This document shows, in pieces, positions 48,927 through 58,879 of a DNA stretch of 62,694 bases. This DNA is from a virus (lineage: Duplodnaviria > Caudoviricetes). The DNA is taken from the IMG/VR virus record IMGVR_UViG_3300034167_000773, positions 1-62,694 of that record. One strand, 5' to 3'. Below the pieces are notes generated by a model. The model did not search any database. It had not been told where the DNA came from and saw nothing but the letters and a program-made list of their open reading frames with translations. Positions within the stretch are counted from its first letter, which is position 1, and each line of letters begins with the position of its first letter. Made by a program: the position numbers and the translations under genes.

Positions 48927-49418
48927 ATGAAATTAAATAAGAAAATAGTTGATGCTTTAAATTATAGAATTCAACAAGAAGAAGCATCTTCAAGAGTATA
49001 TGAGCAGTTTGCTTTATGGCTTGATGATAAAGGGTTTAAGAACTTTGCAGCACTGTATTACAAGTATGCAAGTGAAGAACTTGGACATGCAAAATTTGCT
49101 AAAGACCATCTTCTTGCTTTTGGTGTGCAACCAGAGTTAACTAAGTTACCTGCTCCTGATTATGAGTTCAACTCTTTAAAAGATATTCTAGAGTTGACTC
49201 TTGAGCATGAGCAAGAAATTACTAGACAGTGTAATGAGCTTACTAAGCTTGCTGCTAGTCTAGATGATTTTCCAACTATGACTCTAGGTATGAAGTACTG
49301 TGCTGAGCAAGTAGAAGAACTTGATAAGGCTCAAACTTTTGTAGATCAAATGGAAACCTTTGGTGATTCTAAGGAAGTAATGATTACTCTTGAGCACAAT
49401 GTTAAAGACATGCTATGA
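48927..49418 (+). CDS. ftn: Non-heme ferritin (FtnA-like)
   Basis: 163 aa; LN..IQQEE.SS..Y, EELGHA, LEHEQEIT and EQVEE ferroxidase pattern. Confidence 0.9.
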   Translation: MKLNKKIVDALNYRIQQEEASSRVYEQFALWLDDKGFKNFAALYYKYASEELGHAKFAKDHLLAFGVQPELTKLPAPDYEFNSLKDILELTLEHEQEITRQCNELTKLAASLDDFPTMTLGMKYCAEQVEELDKAQTFVDQMETFGDSKEVMITLEHNVKDML

Positions 49419-52400
49419 TAGTTTGCCCAAATAAAAGAACTAAGAGTTGGAAAAATTTAGTAGCTGCAAGAGGAGAATCTGAAGCTTATAATTTATTTTT
49501 TAAGTATCAAGGAGAAGTACCTGAGAGTGAGTATGAAATTTCTGAAGAAGAAATACTTCCAACAGTTTCTCAAGGAGGATATGATAGTTTTCTTAAGATA
49601 AAATATTTTTATGATCAACCTTCTAAAGGGTCTTTACCAACTTCAACAGTTTTAGGAAGAATTGCAAAATCTTCTCATCCACTTAATAAAGTAGCTGAGC
49701 ATTTATTACCTTATGTAAATAGAATTAATGATTGTCCAATAAGTATAGTAAATAATATTACAATTAAAGGAAGTGATTTAAAACTTGGAATTGCTGGTAT
49801 TTACTCTAGAAAAAATAATAATATTCTTATTAACAATTTTGCTAGATTTAGAGGTAAAGGTGAAGAACCAACTATTATTCATGAGGTAATGCACTCTTTA
49901 ACTTATGGAGCTTTAAGATCTGATAATGAAAATACTCAAAAATTTAATGAGATATATGAGTATCTTAAACCTATGTTTCCTGAATTTAATCCAAAAACAG
50001 GAGAAGGTACTTATGCATTAAAAAACTTAGATGAGTTTATAGTAGCATTATTCTCAGATAGTGCTTTTATTAAAGAACTTATTAAGATACCAGCTATTGA
50101 TAAATCTAAAAGTTCTATACTTAAAGAAGTATTTGATTATATTCTATCCTTATTTAATATCTCAGAAAAAGATAGTATTTATAGACAAGCATTTATTGTA
50201 GCAAGTGATATTCTTGAGAATGCAGCTTTATACTCAGACTATCAAAAAGAACAGTATGAGGCAGAATATTATATGAGCCCTCAATCTAATCCTAATTTTG
50301 CTGCACAGTTAAGACAATGGAATGAGAATAAAGGTAAGAATTATACAAATACTGAACAACAAGCTAATGATACTTATGAACGCTTAAAAAGTTTTTATAC
50401 TAATGGTGTTGTTTATAAACCTAAACAAGTAAAAGATAACTTATGGGTAGTTAATGTTAAAAAACCAGTAGATGTTGTAGTAGAAGAAGATATTAAAAAA
50501 GTTATTAATGAGAGTTATAATAAAGATTTTATTCCTAGAATAACTGAAATTGGTCCTAATCAGTGGATGACTCCAGAAGGAGATATTATTTCTAATGATG
50601 ATGCTGAACCTTACAAGTCTGTTGATAATATTGAAGCTCCTGAGAGTTTACCTAAATTTAAAATTGCACCAAATGATAAAATTATTTGGGGGCATCCAGG
50701 AATTGGTAAAACTTTTTTAAGACAAACTAACCAAGATATTATTGATTTTGATTCTGATTATAAATCAAGAATTAATAAAAAATATAATCTTCCTGAAGGG
50801 TTTAAAGCAAGAAATGAATGGAGAAACTCTAATCCTGAGTTGTGGAAAGAAGAAATAAGACAACTTTGGTCTGAAGCTAAAGAAGAAAGTAAAGCTACAG
50901 GTAAAAGATTACTTGTATCTGATATGCTTATGCTTAGAGAATTTGCTAATGATTTTGATAAAGTAATTAATATTTCAGATGAAACTTTTGTAGAAAGAGC
51001 TAAGCAAAGAGATGATTATACAGAAGGTGAAACTGAACAATGGAAAGCTAATATTAATCAAGCTTTACAAAATATACCTCAATCTAAGATTGTTCAAACA
51101 GATAAGTATATCTCAGATTTATTTACAACTTCTCAAAAACAGTTACCTAAGTTTAAACCAAAACCTGCTAATACTCTTAACTCTTTAGAAATAGAACAAT
51201 TTAGAGTTGCTTTAGATACTTCTTTACAAGTTGGAGGTACTATTAACTTTAATTATTGGAGTGAGGGAACATCTGGAGAAATCTCTAATAAAGATATAGA
51301 AATATTAAGTGTTGATGATAATACTTTTGTAGGTAAATATTCTGATGGTACTGAAAGAGTATTTAGATTTGATAATGTAGTTAGTAAAGCTGTTCCTGGA
51401 AAATATGAAGTGCATGAACAAGCAATTTTTAAAAGCAATCTTGCAGTAGGTAAAACAGTTACAGTCTCTAGTAATGGATTAGAGTACTCTGGTACTGTAG
51501 CAGAAATAGGAGGAGATAACTTTACTGTTCTTGATGTTGATGGTACTATCTATAATCTTAAGTATGCTGATATAGATAAAGAAAACTATGAAAGAAGAAT
51601 CTTTCAAAGAGCTTCTGAGATGAAGAGTATTCTTGAGGAGCAAATAAAAAGATTTTCTAAGAATGCTAAATCTCAATTTCAACTTGATAGAATTGCTCTT
51701 TTGCAACAAGCAGTAGCTCATTTAGATACTTACAAAGGCACTGTAGATCTTATTAAGTTTATGAAACTATTACAGGAATCTGTTAATAAGAGTAAAGCCT
51801 TAATGAGAAATCTTTCAGAATCTGATAAAGATCTTGATAGTATGACTGAAAGTGAAAAGATTGAGGAGGTTAATAAGAGATTGTCTAAGCTTTCTTTCTT
51901 AAAGGATTATGTAGATAGCATGATGGTATTTAAGAAAATGGCTTTTGAGATTGCTGAATCTGATAGTTCTCAAGAGTTAAAAGATAAAGCTGGTGGGCTA
52001 TCTTTAGAGATTGATTCTGCTGATAATATGTATTATGAGGTAGCTATTCCTAATATAGCTGATTGGTTGTGGATGTGTTTCCCTAAGAAACTTAATTCTC
52101 AACTTCTTTTGATTGGTGAAAAAGAATGGACTAAGGAAAGATTAATACAAGAACTTAGACAACCTACTAAAGATTTAGATTTTCTAAATTCTTATGGTGT
52201 TCCTGTAGCTAATGCTAATGATATTATTACTGGTCTCTTTAGTAAGGCTGTAAAAAAGGTTTTACAATATGCTAAAGAAAACCATATTAATCTTGAAAAG
52301 AACTTACTTCCTTTCTTTAAGAAAGTAGCAGCTACCGGTGCTAAGATGGAAGAAGTTTATAAGAAGTTTTATACCATCAAACAGATGGAAACTGAGGAAG

Positions 52401-54613
52401 AAGTTATAGTTGATGGACAACCTACTATACAAAAAGTTACTAAGAATGTTAGAGTATTTATTGAGAAATATGATTTACAATTATATTATGATACTGTAAG
52501 AAGTTTTACTTCTCAAATAAGAAGTATTAATGATAGAATAGCAGTTACTGATAATACTGCTGAAAGAAATGCTCTCTTTACTGAGAAGAAAAATATATTA
52601 GCTAGCCTTAATGCCTATCAAAAAAAGACAGCTATTAATTATTCTTTTACTCAAATGAATGAGATGATGGAGAAACTTAGAAAAAATAATGTTCCTAAGT
52701 TTCTTGAGAATCTTAATAATTTTTATAAAGCAGGTGAGGAAACTCCTAATTCTTTTAAGTATGTTACAGAAGATGGTGCTATAGTATATTATAACTATAA
52801 AGGTAATTTCTATAAACCTAATAAAGAATCTGTAGATCCAGATACTGGTAAGAAGATATTTTTAACTGAAGATTATGAAAACTTAATGAAAGAACCTCAA
52901 GAGGTTATAGATCTTTATAATGAGGTTAAAAGAATATATGATGAGAAAAATAATTTACTTCCTGAACATTTAAAACTAAAAGGAGTAGTTCCTGTGTTTT
53001 ATGAACAAAGCATGTTAAAAGATCTCTCTAAAACTATTAGTAATAGAGGTAAATATAATGATGCTCAAGAACTAAGAAAGAAAGATAAAAAGACTTTTAC
53101 TAAACTTAATGGAGAACCTTATCAGAATATTCCAGTTGGGTATACAAGAATTCTTGATGTTAGTGAAAGCTCTGATAATATTATGCAATCATTTTTACTC
53201 TGGGCTAATGATGTTCAAATGTATAAAGCTAAGAATGATGTTATTGGTAGTGTAGAAAACTTAACTACAGTTCTTGAGAAGAATAAACCTATTGGAGAAG
53301 ATGGGGAAGGTAAGAGTAAAATTAATAGAAGGGTTGAGGTTATTAAGAAGTATGCTAACCAGGTTCTCTATGGAGAAACCAGAGCTAGTAATGAATGGTG
53401 GGATAGAGTATTTGATTATATGGGCAAATTTACTGCACTTACTAGAATGCTTATTAAACCTTCCTCAGCACTTAATAACTTAATTATTGGTAACTACGCT
53501 CTCTTATCTGAGGCTATTGGTGGTAGAAACTTTACTACTAAAGAGTTATGGAGAGCTCATAGAAAATATGTAGATCTTATTGCTACTGATAAGGAAAAAC
53601 TCAATAACATGCTCATTACCTTAGATGCTATTCAAGGTAGATTTAAGGATGAAATTGGTAATGACTTTCAAACTTTCCAAGATACTTTTGGATTTAATAC
53701 AGCATTCTCATTAAACAATACTGCTGAACATCAAATACAAGCTGTATCTATGTTAGCTCTATTAGAAAAATGGGGTGTTGAGGTTCCTGAGAATGGTATG
53801 TTTGAAGTAGATAAACTTCCTGATAATTTCTTAGGAACTTTACATGAGTTGAATAAGGCTAATAATGGTGTCTACTCAGAATCTGATAGATTGTATCACC
53901 AAGATGAATCTCTCTTTAGATTGTTTTTGCAATTTAGAAAATATATTGTACCTACATTTAGAACTAAATGGTCAGGTATGACTCAAAAGGGTAATAACAA
54001 ATATAGAATGGATCTAGAAGCTGGCTCAGTAGAGTTAGGTTATTATAGAGCATTTGGGGAATTTGTATGGAATAATGTAGTTAAGATAAAAAACCTTCCT
54101 AATCTTATTGCTAATTATAAAAACTTAAATGAGATAGAGAAAGAAGGTGTATGGAGAGGTCTTGTAGATGGAGTAGCTTTTGCAAGTATAGGTTTATTGT
54201 TCTTACCTCTTGCTGGTGCTGATGATGATGATTGGGATGACAATGAACACTCAAGATTTGAGAACCTTATACATTGGGAACTTATTTATCAACTTGCTAG
54301 ATTAAGAGCTGATATTGGTACTTATATTCCAGGGTTTGGTTTCTCAGATCAAAGCAGACTTGTAAATCAACCATTTGCTGCTGCTAGTACAGCTACACAA
54401 TTAGCTAAAATAGTTGGTATTGTATTTGATTTTGAAGAAGATGATGAGGGTAATATCTCTATCTGGAAACAGTATGATAGAGATTATGGTAGATTTAAGA
54501 AAGGAGATTTAAAGATTTTACAACCTATCTCTAAACTTAATCCTCTTGATAATCCTTATGAGGATCTATTTCCACATGTACAATATAATGATTTTAAAGG
54601 AGCAAGTAGGTAA
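49415..54613 (+). CDS. Large cargo/ejection protein with zincin, P-loop and WYL/SH3-like modules
   Basis: MIVCPN start; IIHEVMH...NLDEF zincin; IIWGHPGIGKT P-loop; ERVFRFDNV; C-terminal LFLQFRKY region. Confidence 0.75.
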   Translation: MIVCPNKRTKSWKNLVAARGESEAYNLFFKYQGEVPESEYEISEEEILPTVSQGGYDSFLKIKYFYDQPSKGSLPTSTVLGRIAKSSHPLNKVAEHLLPYVNRINDCPISIVNNITIKGSDLKLGIAGIYSRKNNNILINNFARFRGKGEEPTIIHEVMHSLTYGALRSDNENTQKFNEIYEYLKPMFPEFNPKTGEGTYALKNLDEFIVALFSDSAFIKELIKIPAIDKSKSSILKEVFDYILSLFNISEKDSIYRQAFIVASDILENAALYSDYQKEQYEAEYYMSPQSNPNFAAQLRQWNENKGKNYTNTEQQANDTYERLKSFYTNGVVYKPKQVKDNLWVVNVKKPVDVVVEEDIKKVINESYNKDFIPRITEIGPNQWMTPEGDIISNDDAEPYKSVDNIEAPESLPKFKIAPNDKIIWGHPGIGKTFLRQTNQDIIDFDSDYKSRINKKYNLPEGFKARNEWRNSNPELWKEEIRQLWSEAKEESKATGKRLLVSDMLMLREFANDFDKVINISDETFVERAKQRDDYTEGETEQWKANINQALQNIPQSKIVQTDKYISDLFTTSQKQLPKFKPKPANTLNSLEIEQFRVALDTSLQVGGTINFNYWSEGTSGEISNKDIEILSVDDNTFVGKYSDGTERVFRFDNVVSKAVPGKYEVHEQAIFKSNLAVGKTVTVSSNGLEYSGTVAEIGGDNFTVLDVDGTIYNLKYADIDKENYERRIFQRASEMKSILEEQIKRFSKNAKSQFQLDRIALLQQAVAHLDTYKGTVDLIKFMKLLQESVNKSKALMRNLSESDKDLDSMTESEKIEEVNKRLSKLSFLKDYVDSMMVFKKMAFEIAESDSSQELKDKAGGLSLEIDSADNMYYEVAIPNIADWLWMCFPKKLNSQLLLIGEKEWTKERLIQELRQPTKDLDFLNSYGVPVANANDIITGLFSKAVKKVLQYAKENHINLEKNLLPFFKKVAATGAKMEEVYKKFYTIKQMETEEEVIVDGQPTIQKVTKNVRVFIEKYDLQLYYDTVRSFTSQIRSINDRIAVTDNTAERNALFTEKKNILASLNAYQKKTAINYSFTQMNEMMEKLRKNNVPKFLENLNNFYKAGEETPNSFKYVTEDGAIVYYNYKGNFYKPNKESVDPDTGKKIFLTEDYENLMKEPQEVIDLYNEVKRIYDEKNNLLPEHLKLKGVVPVFYEQSMLKDLSKTISNRGKYNDAQELRKKDKKTFTKLNGEPYQNIPVGYTRILDVSESSDNIMQSFLLWANDVQMYKAKNDVIGSVENLTTVLEKNKPIGEDGEGKSKINRRVEVIKKYANQVLYGETRASNEWWDRVFDYMGKFTALTRMLIKPSSALNNLIIGNYALLSEAIGGRNFTTKELWRAHRKYVDLIATDKEKLNNMLITLDAIQGRFKDEIGNDFQTFQDTFGFNTAFSLNNTAEHQIQAVSMLALLEKWGVEVPENGMFEVDKLPDNFLGTLHELNKANNGVYSESDRLYHQDESLFRLFLQFRKYIVPTFRTKWSGMTQKGNNKYRMDLEAGSVELGYYRAFGEFVWNNVVKIKNLPNLIANYKNLNEIEKEGVWRGLVDGVAFASIGLLFLPLAGADDDDWDDNEHSRFENLIHWELIYQLARLRADIGTYIPGFGFSDQSRLVNQPFAAASTATQLAKIVGIVFDFEEDDEGNISIWKQYDRDYGRFKKGDLKILQPISKLNPLDNPYEDLFPHVQYNDFKGASR

Positions 54614-54627
54614 GCCGTATAATGAGT

Positions 54628-55203
54628 ATGAGTCAAGTAAAAAAAATAGCACGTCTACTTTTTGTTATATGGCTTGCTTCTTGTAGGCTTCTTAAATCTG
54701 ATGAGCAAAATGCTATCAGAGATATAGATAAACATGAGAGGAAACTTAGAAAGATTTATGCTGAGTTTCCTCAATTTAGAAAAGTAGATACTGTTGAAAC
54801 TGTAGTTACAATTCAAAATCCTCTTATTAAGATTGACACTGTAGTTTTATATAAAGACTCTATTATTAGAGAGAAGATTTATAAAAAGATTATAGAAAGA
54901 TGTAAGGATAGTGCTTTAGCTAAAGAGATTGCTCATAAGATTCTAGATAATTATAAGTGTATTAAGGATAGTATTGTAGTTAAAGATAACTTATATAGAG
55001 CAGTAATTACTCAAGATAGTTTAGGTGTACATGTAAACATTGTTCCTAATGATACTACTCTTAGTGCTAAGTATAAAGCACCTTGTCCTCAAACTGTACT
55101 TCCGGGAGATAAGTTCTGGAATCATGAAGAGTTTTGGTTCTTAGCAGGATTATTCTTAATTACAATATTAGGTATACTTATACATCTTAGATTGCAAAGA
55201 TAA
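54628..55203 (+). CDS. Putative unimolecular spanin
   Basis: Lipobox LASC plus C-terminal TM (FWFLAGLFLITILGILIHL); next to the holin; start at second ATG, 5 nt after CGTATAA (54616-54622). Confidence 0.65.
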   Translation: MSQVKKIARLLFVIWLASCRLLKSDEQNAIRDIDKHERKLRKIYAEFPQFRKVDTVETVVTIQNPLIKIDTVVLYKDSIIREKIYKKIIERCKDSALAKEIAHKILDNYKCIKDSIVVKDNLYRAVITQDSLGVHVNIVPNDTTLSAKYKAPCPQTVLPGDKFWNHEEFWFLAGLFLITILGILIHLRLQR

Positions 55204-55218
55204 CCTCGTATAAGGTTT

Positions 55219-55497
55219 ATGCTTAATCTTAAAACATTTAGCTTTATAGAGGCACTTAACAATAGTAAGGGTAAATCCTCACTAGGGCTTCTATTTGGTT
55301 TTTTGTATGGATTAACAGCATTAATTTTGTACTGTGTAGGAACTTACTGTGTATTTCATGGAATAACAGGGTATGTTGATATATATACACAAGCAGCAAT
55401 CCTTACAGGTGCTAGTAGTACATTAATTGGTGTAAGAAGATTTACTAAAGATAAAGAATTAAATACAGAAGATAATGGCAATAGCAACAACAGTTGA
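55219..55497 (+). CDS. Putative holin (2 TM)
   Basis: 92 aa, two hydrophobic helices, charged C-tail; CGTATAA at 55207. Confidence 0.65.
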   Translation: MLNLKTFSFIEALNNSKGKSSLGLLFGFLYGLTALILYCVGTYCVFHGITGYVDIYTQAAILTGASSTLIGVRRFTKDKELNTEDNGNSNNS

Positions 55498-57883
55498 ACA
55501 AGTAGTAGGAAGTTATAATTTTACATATAGTTTCTTAGATGATACTAATAATGAAGCACCATTAAAAGTTGAAATTTATGAACAATCTGGTACAGAACCA
55601 ATAACTGTTATTTCAGATTTACTTCAAGATACAACTTACCCATATACTAATGAACTGGGACCAGGAACTTATAGAGTAGAATATTATTTACTTGATCCTG
55701 CACCTGTAGATCCTCTTAATCCATGGGTTTATAAATTTGATGAACCTATTCTTATTCAAGAATATCAAATTAATGTTGATTGGAATTGGACTAGTGGAGG
55801 TCTTGAAGATCCAAATGGTAATGTTATAGTTAGTGGTATTGCTAATAATGGTGACGGATTTATTGTTGATATTGAAGGTTGGGGAAATCCAACAGGTACT
55901 CAATGGAGTGATTTAAATGGAACTTATGTAAAAACATCTGTTGCAGTAACTCCTTCTGGAATTAGCGGTGGTGATGATGGTATGCATACTCCAAAACCAG
56001 GTACATTTAATTATTATTTAGCACCTGTAGGAAACCCTGCTTTTAATGGTATTGCTTACTTTCTAGCTCCTGGAAATAGAAGTGGTTGGGGAGATCCTGA
56101 TAATGATGCAACTACTGATCCATCTGTTAATTATTGGAGATTATGTGTTTTATCAGATTATCCTTATTGTTATTTTACTAACCCAAGTACAGATCCTACT
56201 GTATTTCCTACAACAGGTTGGATTGTTATAGATGATACATTATCTAATAGTGAAGGAGGTAATGGATATGATTATATAGCTGGTTATGATGGTGGATTTA
56301 CAGTTAATTTTACTTCTACAATCTTAGATCCAGAAACTACATATTCATACTATCCGGCATCTTTAATATTAAATAATAATGCATGTCCTACAGTAGGAGG
56401 TTATACTCCATCAATTTCACATACTTTATATCATCTTATAAATGGTTTATGGGTAGATATTAATACTGAAACTTATAGTCTTGTAGAATGGGATGATATA
56501 GATCAACTTGTTGAAACTATTAATTTAGAATTTATTCCAGAAGGATATCCAATTAAAATTGAAACTACTTTAAGAAATTGTCATCAAGAAATTATACATA
56601 GTACTCTTAATGACCCAGGAATTTTTTTATTAGCTGATTCTCAAACAACTCACTCAGAAACTCAAGATCCAGCATCTTATACAATAAGATTTGCTTTTGA
56701 GTATCTTGATATTACTGAACCTAATTTAATTATTACTCCTGAGAATAATGTAAGAGCTGAAGCTTATATCTATAAGAATAATGAAATTATTTTTATTTAT
56801 AATAATGTGCTTCCTGGACTATTTTATCCTTATACTTTTTCAGAAGCATCTTCAGAAGATGTTGAATATAAAGTAGTTTACAAAGCAATTAATCCAGATC
56901 TTAATTTAGAAGAGTCTTTAGAAGTACTTTTTATTGTTAAAGAATATAAACCTACTTTTGATTTACCAACTATTTCTTGTTTACAAATTAATGAAAATGC
57001 AAGTATCTTATTACAAAATTTAAACTTTAATTGTTTTAATAATGATGAAAACTTGCATATTTTACCATCAAATGTTAATCTTAATATAAGATACTCTCTT
57101 TATTATTTTAATACCAATACTTATGTATGGGAACTTCAAGGTTCTGTTTCAGATACTCCAGATTTAAATGATGATGCTATTGATTATGCAGATGAAAATC
57201 CTGCTGAGAATGATTTATTTATAAGTGAGTATTTAAGAGAAAAATATTATTATGGTTCTCTTAATACAGAAAAAGGATTATGGAAGCCTGAAAAATTAAC
57301 TATGGTTAAACTTGTAGCAGCTGTAACTAATTATACTACTACAGTAACTAAAGAAGTTGTATTTCCTATTTGTGGAAGTTGGAAAATTAGAAGAATGTCT
57401 TGCGGTAAGTATAGAATATACAACTATAAAAATGAAGTTTTAACTTTTACTATCTCAAATTACAACTCAACTGGAGTTTTAAAAACTGTAACTATTGTAC
57501 CTTTAAGTTTTGAAGAGATAACATTTGATGTAGATGGTATTTATAAAGTAAGTTCTGATAATTTACATAGATATATAATAAATTTTTGTGAGATAGAGAA
57601 TTGTGTTCTTGAGTTACAAAAGAAAGTTCTTCTTGATGATCATCTTTGTGATACATGTAAGTTAGATAAAGTACTTTATCAAAAAGCTTTGCGTCTTATT
57701 CCTATCTATGAAACTTGGAAAAAACTTCTTGATAAGGACTGGGTATATGAGATACAATATAAAAGTACAGATATTGATGGAGTATTAGCAGCTATTTATG
57801 ATGCTAATGAGTTGTATGCAGAACTTAAGTTACTTTGTGATGGATGTGCAGATCAAGCAGGAACTAAAAAATGTAATTGTTAA
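55475..57883 (+). CDS. Virion structural protein (acidic, beta-rich, Cys-rich C-terminus)
   Basis: 802 aa; C-terminal FCEIENC...CDTC...LCDGC...KKCNC. Confidence 0.6.
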   Translation: MAIATTVEQVVGSYNFTYSFLDDTNNEAPLKVEIYEQSGTEPITVISDLLQDTTYPYTNELGPGTYRVEYYLLDPAPVDPLNPWVYKFDEPILIQEYQINVDWNWTSGGLEDPNGNVIVSGIANNGDGFIVDIEGWGNPTGTQWSDLNGTYVKTSVAVTPSGISGGDDGMHTPKPGTFNYYLAPVGNPAFNGIAYFLAPGNRSGWGDPDNDATTDPSVNYWRLCVLSDYPYCYFTNPSTDPTVFPTTGWIVIDDTLSNSEGGNGYDYIAGYDGGFTVNFTSTILDPETTYSYYPASLILNNNACPTVGGYTPSISHTLYHLINGLWVDINTETYSLVEWDDIDQLVETINLEFIPEGYPIKIETTLRNCHQEIIHSTLNDPGIFLLADSQTTHSETQDPASYTIRFAFEYLDITEPNLIITPENNVRAEAYIYKNNEIIFIYNNVLPGLFYPYTFSEASSEDVEYKVVYKAINPDLNLEESLEVLFIVKEYKPTFDLPTISCLQINENASILLQNLNFNCFNNDENLHILPSNVNLNIRYSLYYFNTNTYVWELQGSVSDTPDLNDDAIDYADENPAENDLFISEYLREKYYYGSLNTEKGLWKPEKLTMVKLVAAVTNYTTTVTKEVVFPICGSWKIRRMSCGKYRIYNYKNEVLTFTISNYNSTGVLKTVTIVPLSFEEITFDVDGIYKVSSDNLHRYIINFCEIENCVLELQKKVLLDDHLCDTCKLDKVLYQKALRLIPIYETWKKLLDKDWVYEIQYKSTDIDGVLAAIYDANELYAELKLLCDGCADQAGTKKCNC

Positions 57884-57911
57884 ATAGAGTCTCGTATAAC
57901 TAAAATAAGTT

Positions 57912-58850
57912 ATGGCATATTTAAGATATATAAGTGGTGTAAAGTATTTTGTTGTTAATGATGAAACAACAGCTGCTTTTACTAATAATGTTTTTTCAGA
58001 AACATTTCCAAATTATGATTTTGATAATGCCACTCCTGTAGATTTAACAACTCTTTCAGATGATTATGAAATTAAATTGCCTGTTAAATTAGGAGAAAAT
58101 GTAAATACTGCTACTATTAATTCTAATGGTACTATAACCTCATCTGAGAGTGGATTTTTCACTTCTTGTGAAGTTGGAGATTATTTATTTGTTCAAAGAG
58201 GAGAAGAAAAAGATTTAAATATATTAGGCAAAATTAAAGTTATAAATTCTGCAACAATAGTAACTCTTGAAAGTGTTCCTCAAAATGTTATTTATGGAGG
58301 ATTAGGAGCTAATAATGCAAATAAAAATATCTATCATCTCAGTAAAAATTCTGTAGGATTACCATTTGGTGAGAATAGTTCTTTTTATATGTTAATACAA
58401 AATTCTGATTATGATGATGATGAAAGTTTTGAATTACATAACTCAATTCCTTATATAAATCCTACAGTAACTTCTGTATCAGATGATTATTTTGCATATG
58501 GAGGAAATGCATCTGGAAATAATATTATAAATCCAAAATACTTTGCAATAGTACCAATAAGTACTATTAGTAATGCTACAGATGGTCTTACTAATGCACA
58601 AATTTCATATGTAGATTCTATTCCTTGCACTATTACACCAATAAGTACACTTTCTCAACAACTTACAATTCCTTCTGAGAGTGATGCAATATCTGCATCA
58701 GATATTCCTTATTGGAGTGTGTATCTTATTAATCCTTATGGACTTACATCTTTTTCTATATTAAAAAACACAACTTATAAAATAGAAATAGATGATCAAA
58801 TTCCTGTTAGGAAATTAGAAATAACTCCTACATTACCACCAGGTGGATAA
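57912..58850 (+). CDS. Structural protein, paralog of 58880..60094
   Basis: Shares PYW..Y..NPYG...LKN..Y.IEI with the next gene; CGTATAA at 57893. Confidence 0.65.
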   Translation: MAYLRYISGVKYFVVNDETTAAFTNNVFSETFPNYDFDNATPVDLTTLSDDYEIKLPVKLGENVNTATINSNGTITSSESGFFTSCEVGDYLFVQRGEEKDLNILGKIKVINSATIVTLESVPQNVIYGGLGANNANKNIYHLSKNSVGLPFGENSSFYMLIQNSDYDDDESFELHNSIPYINPTVTSVSDDYFAYGGNASGNNIINPKYFAIVPISTISNATDGLTNAQISYVDSIPCTITPISTLSQQLTIPSESDAISASDIPYWSVYLINPYGLTSFSILKNTTYKIEIDDQIPVRKLEITPTLPPGG

Positions 58851-58879
58851 CAATATTAAAAATATAAAATATAAAAAAC

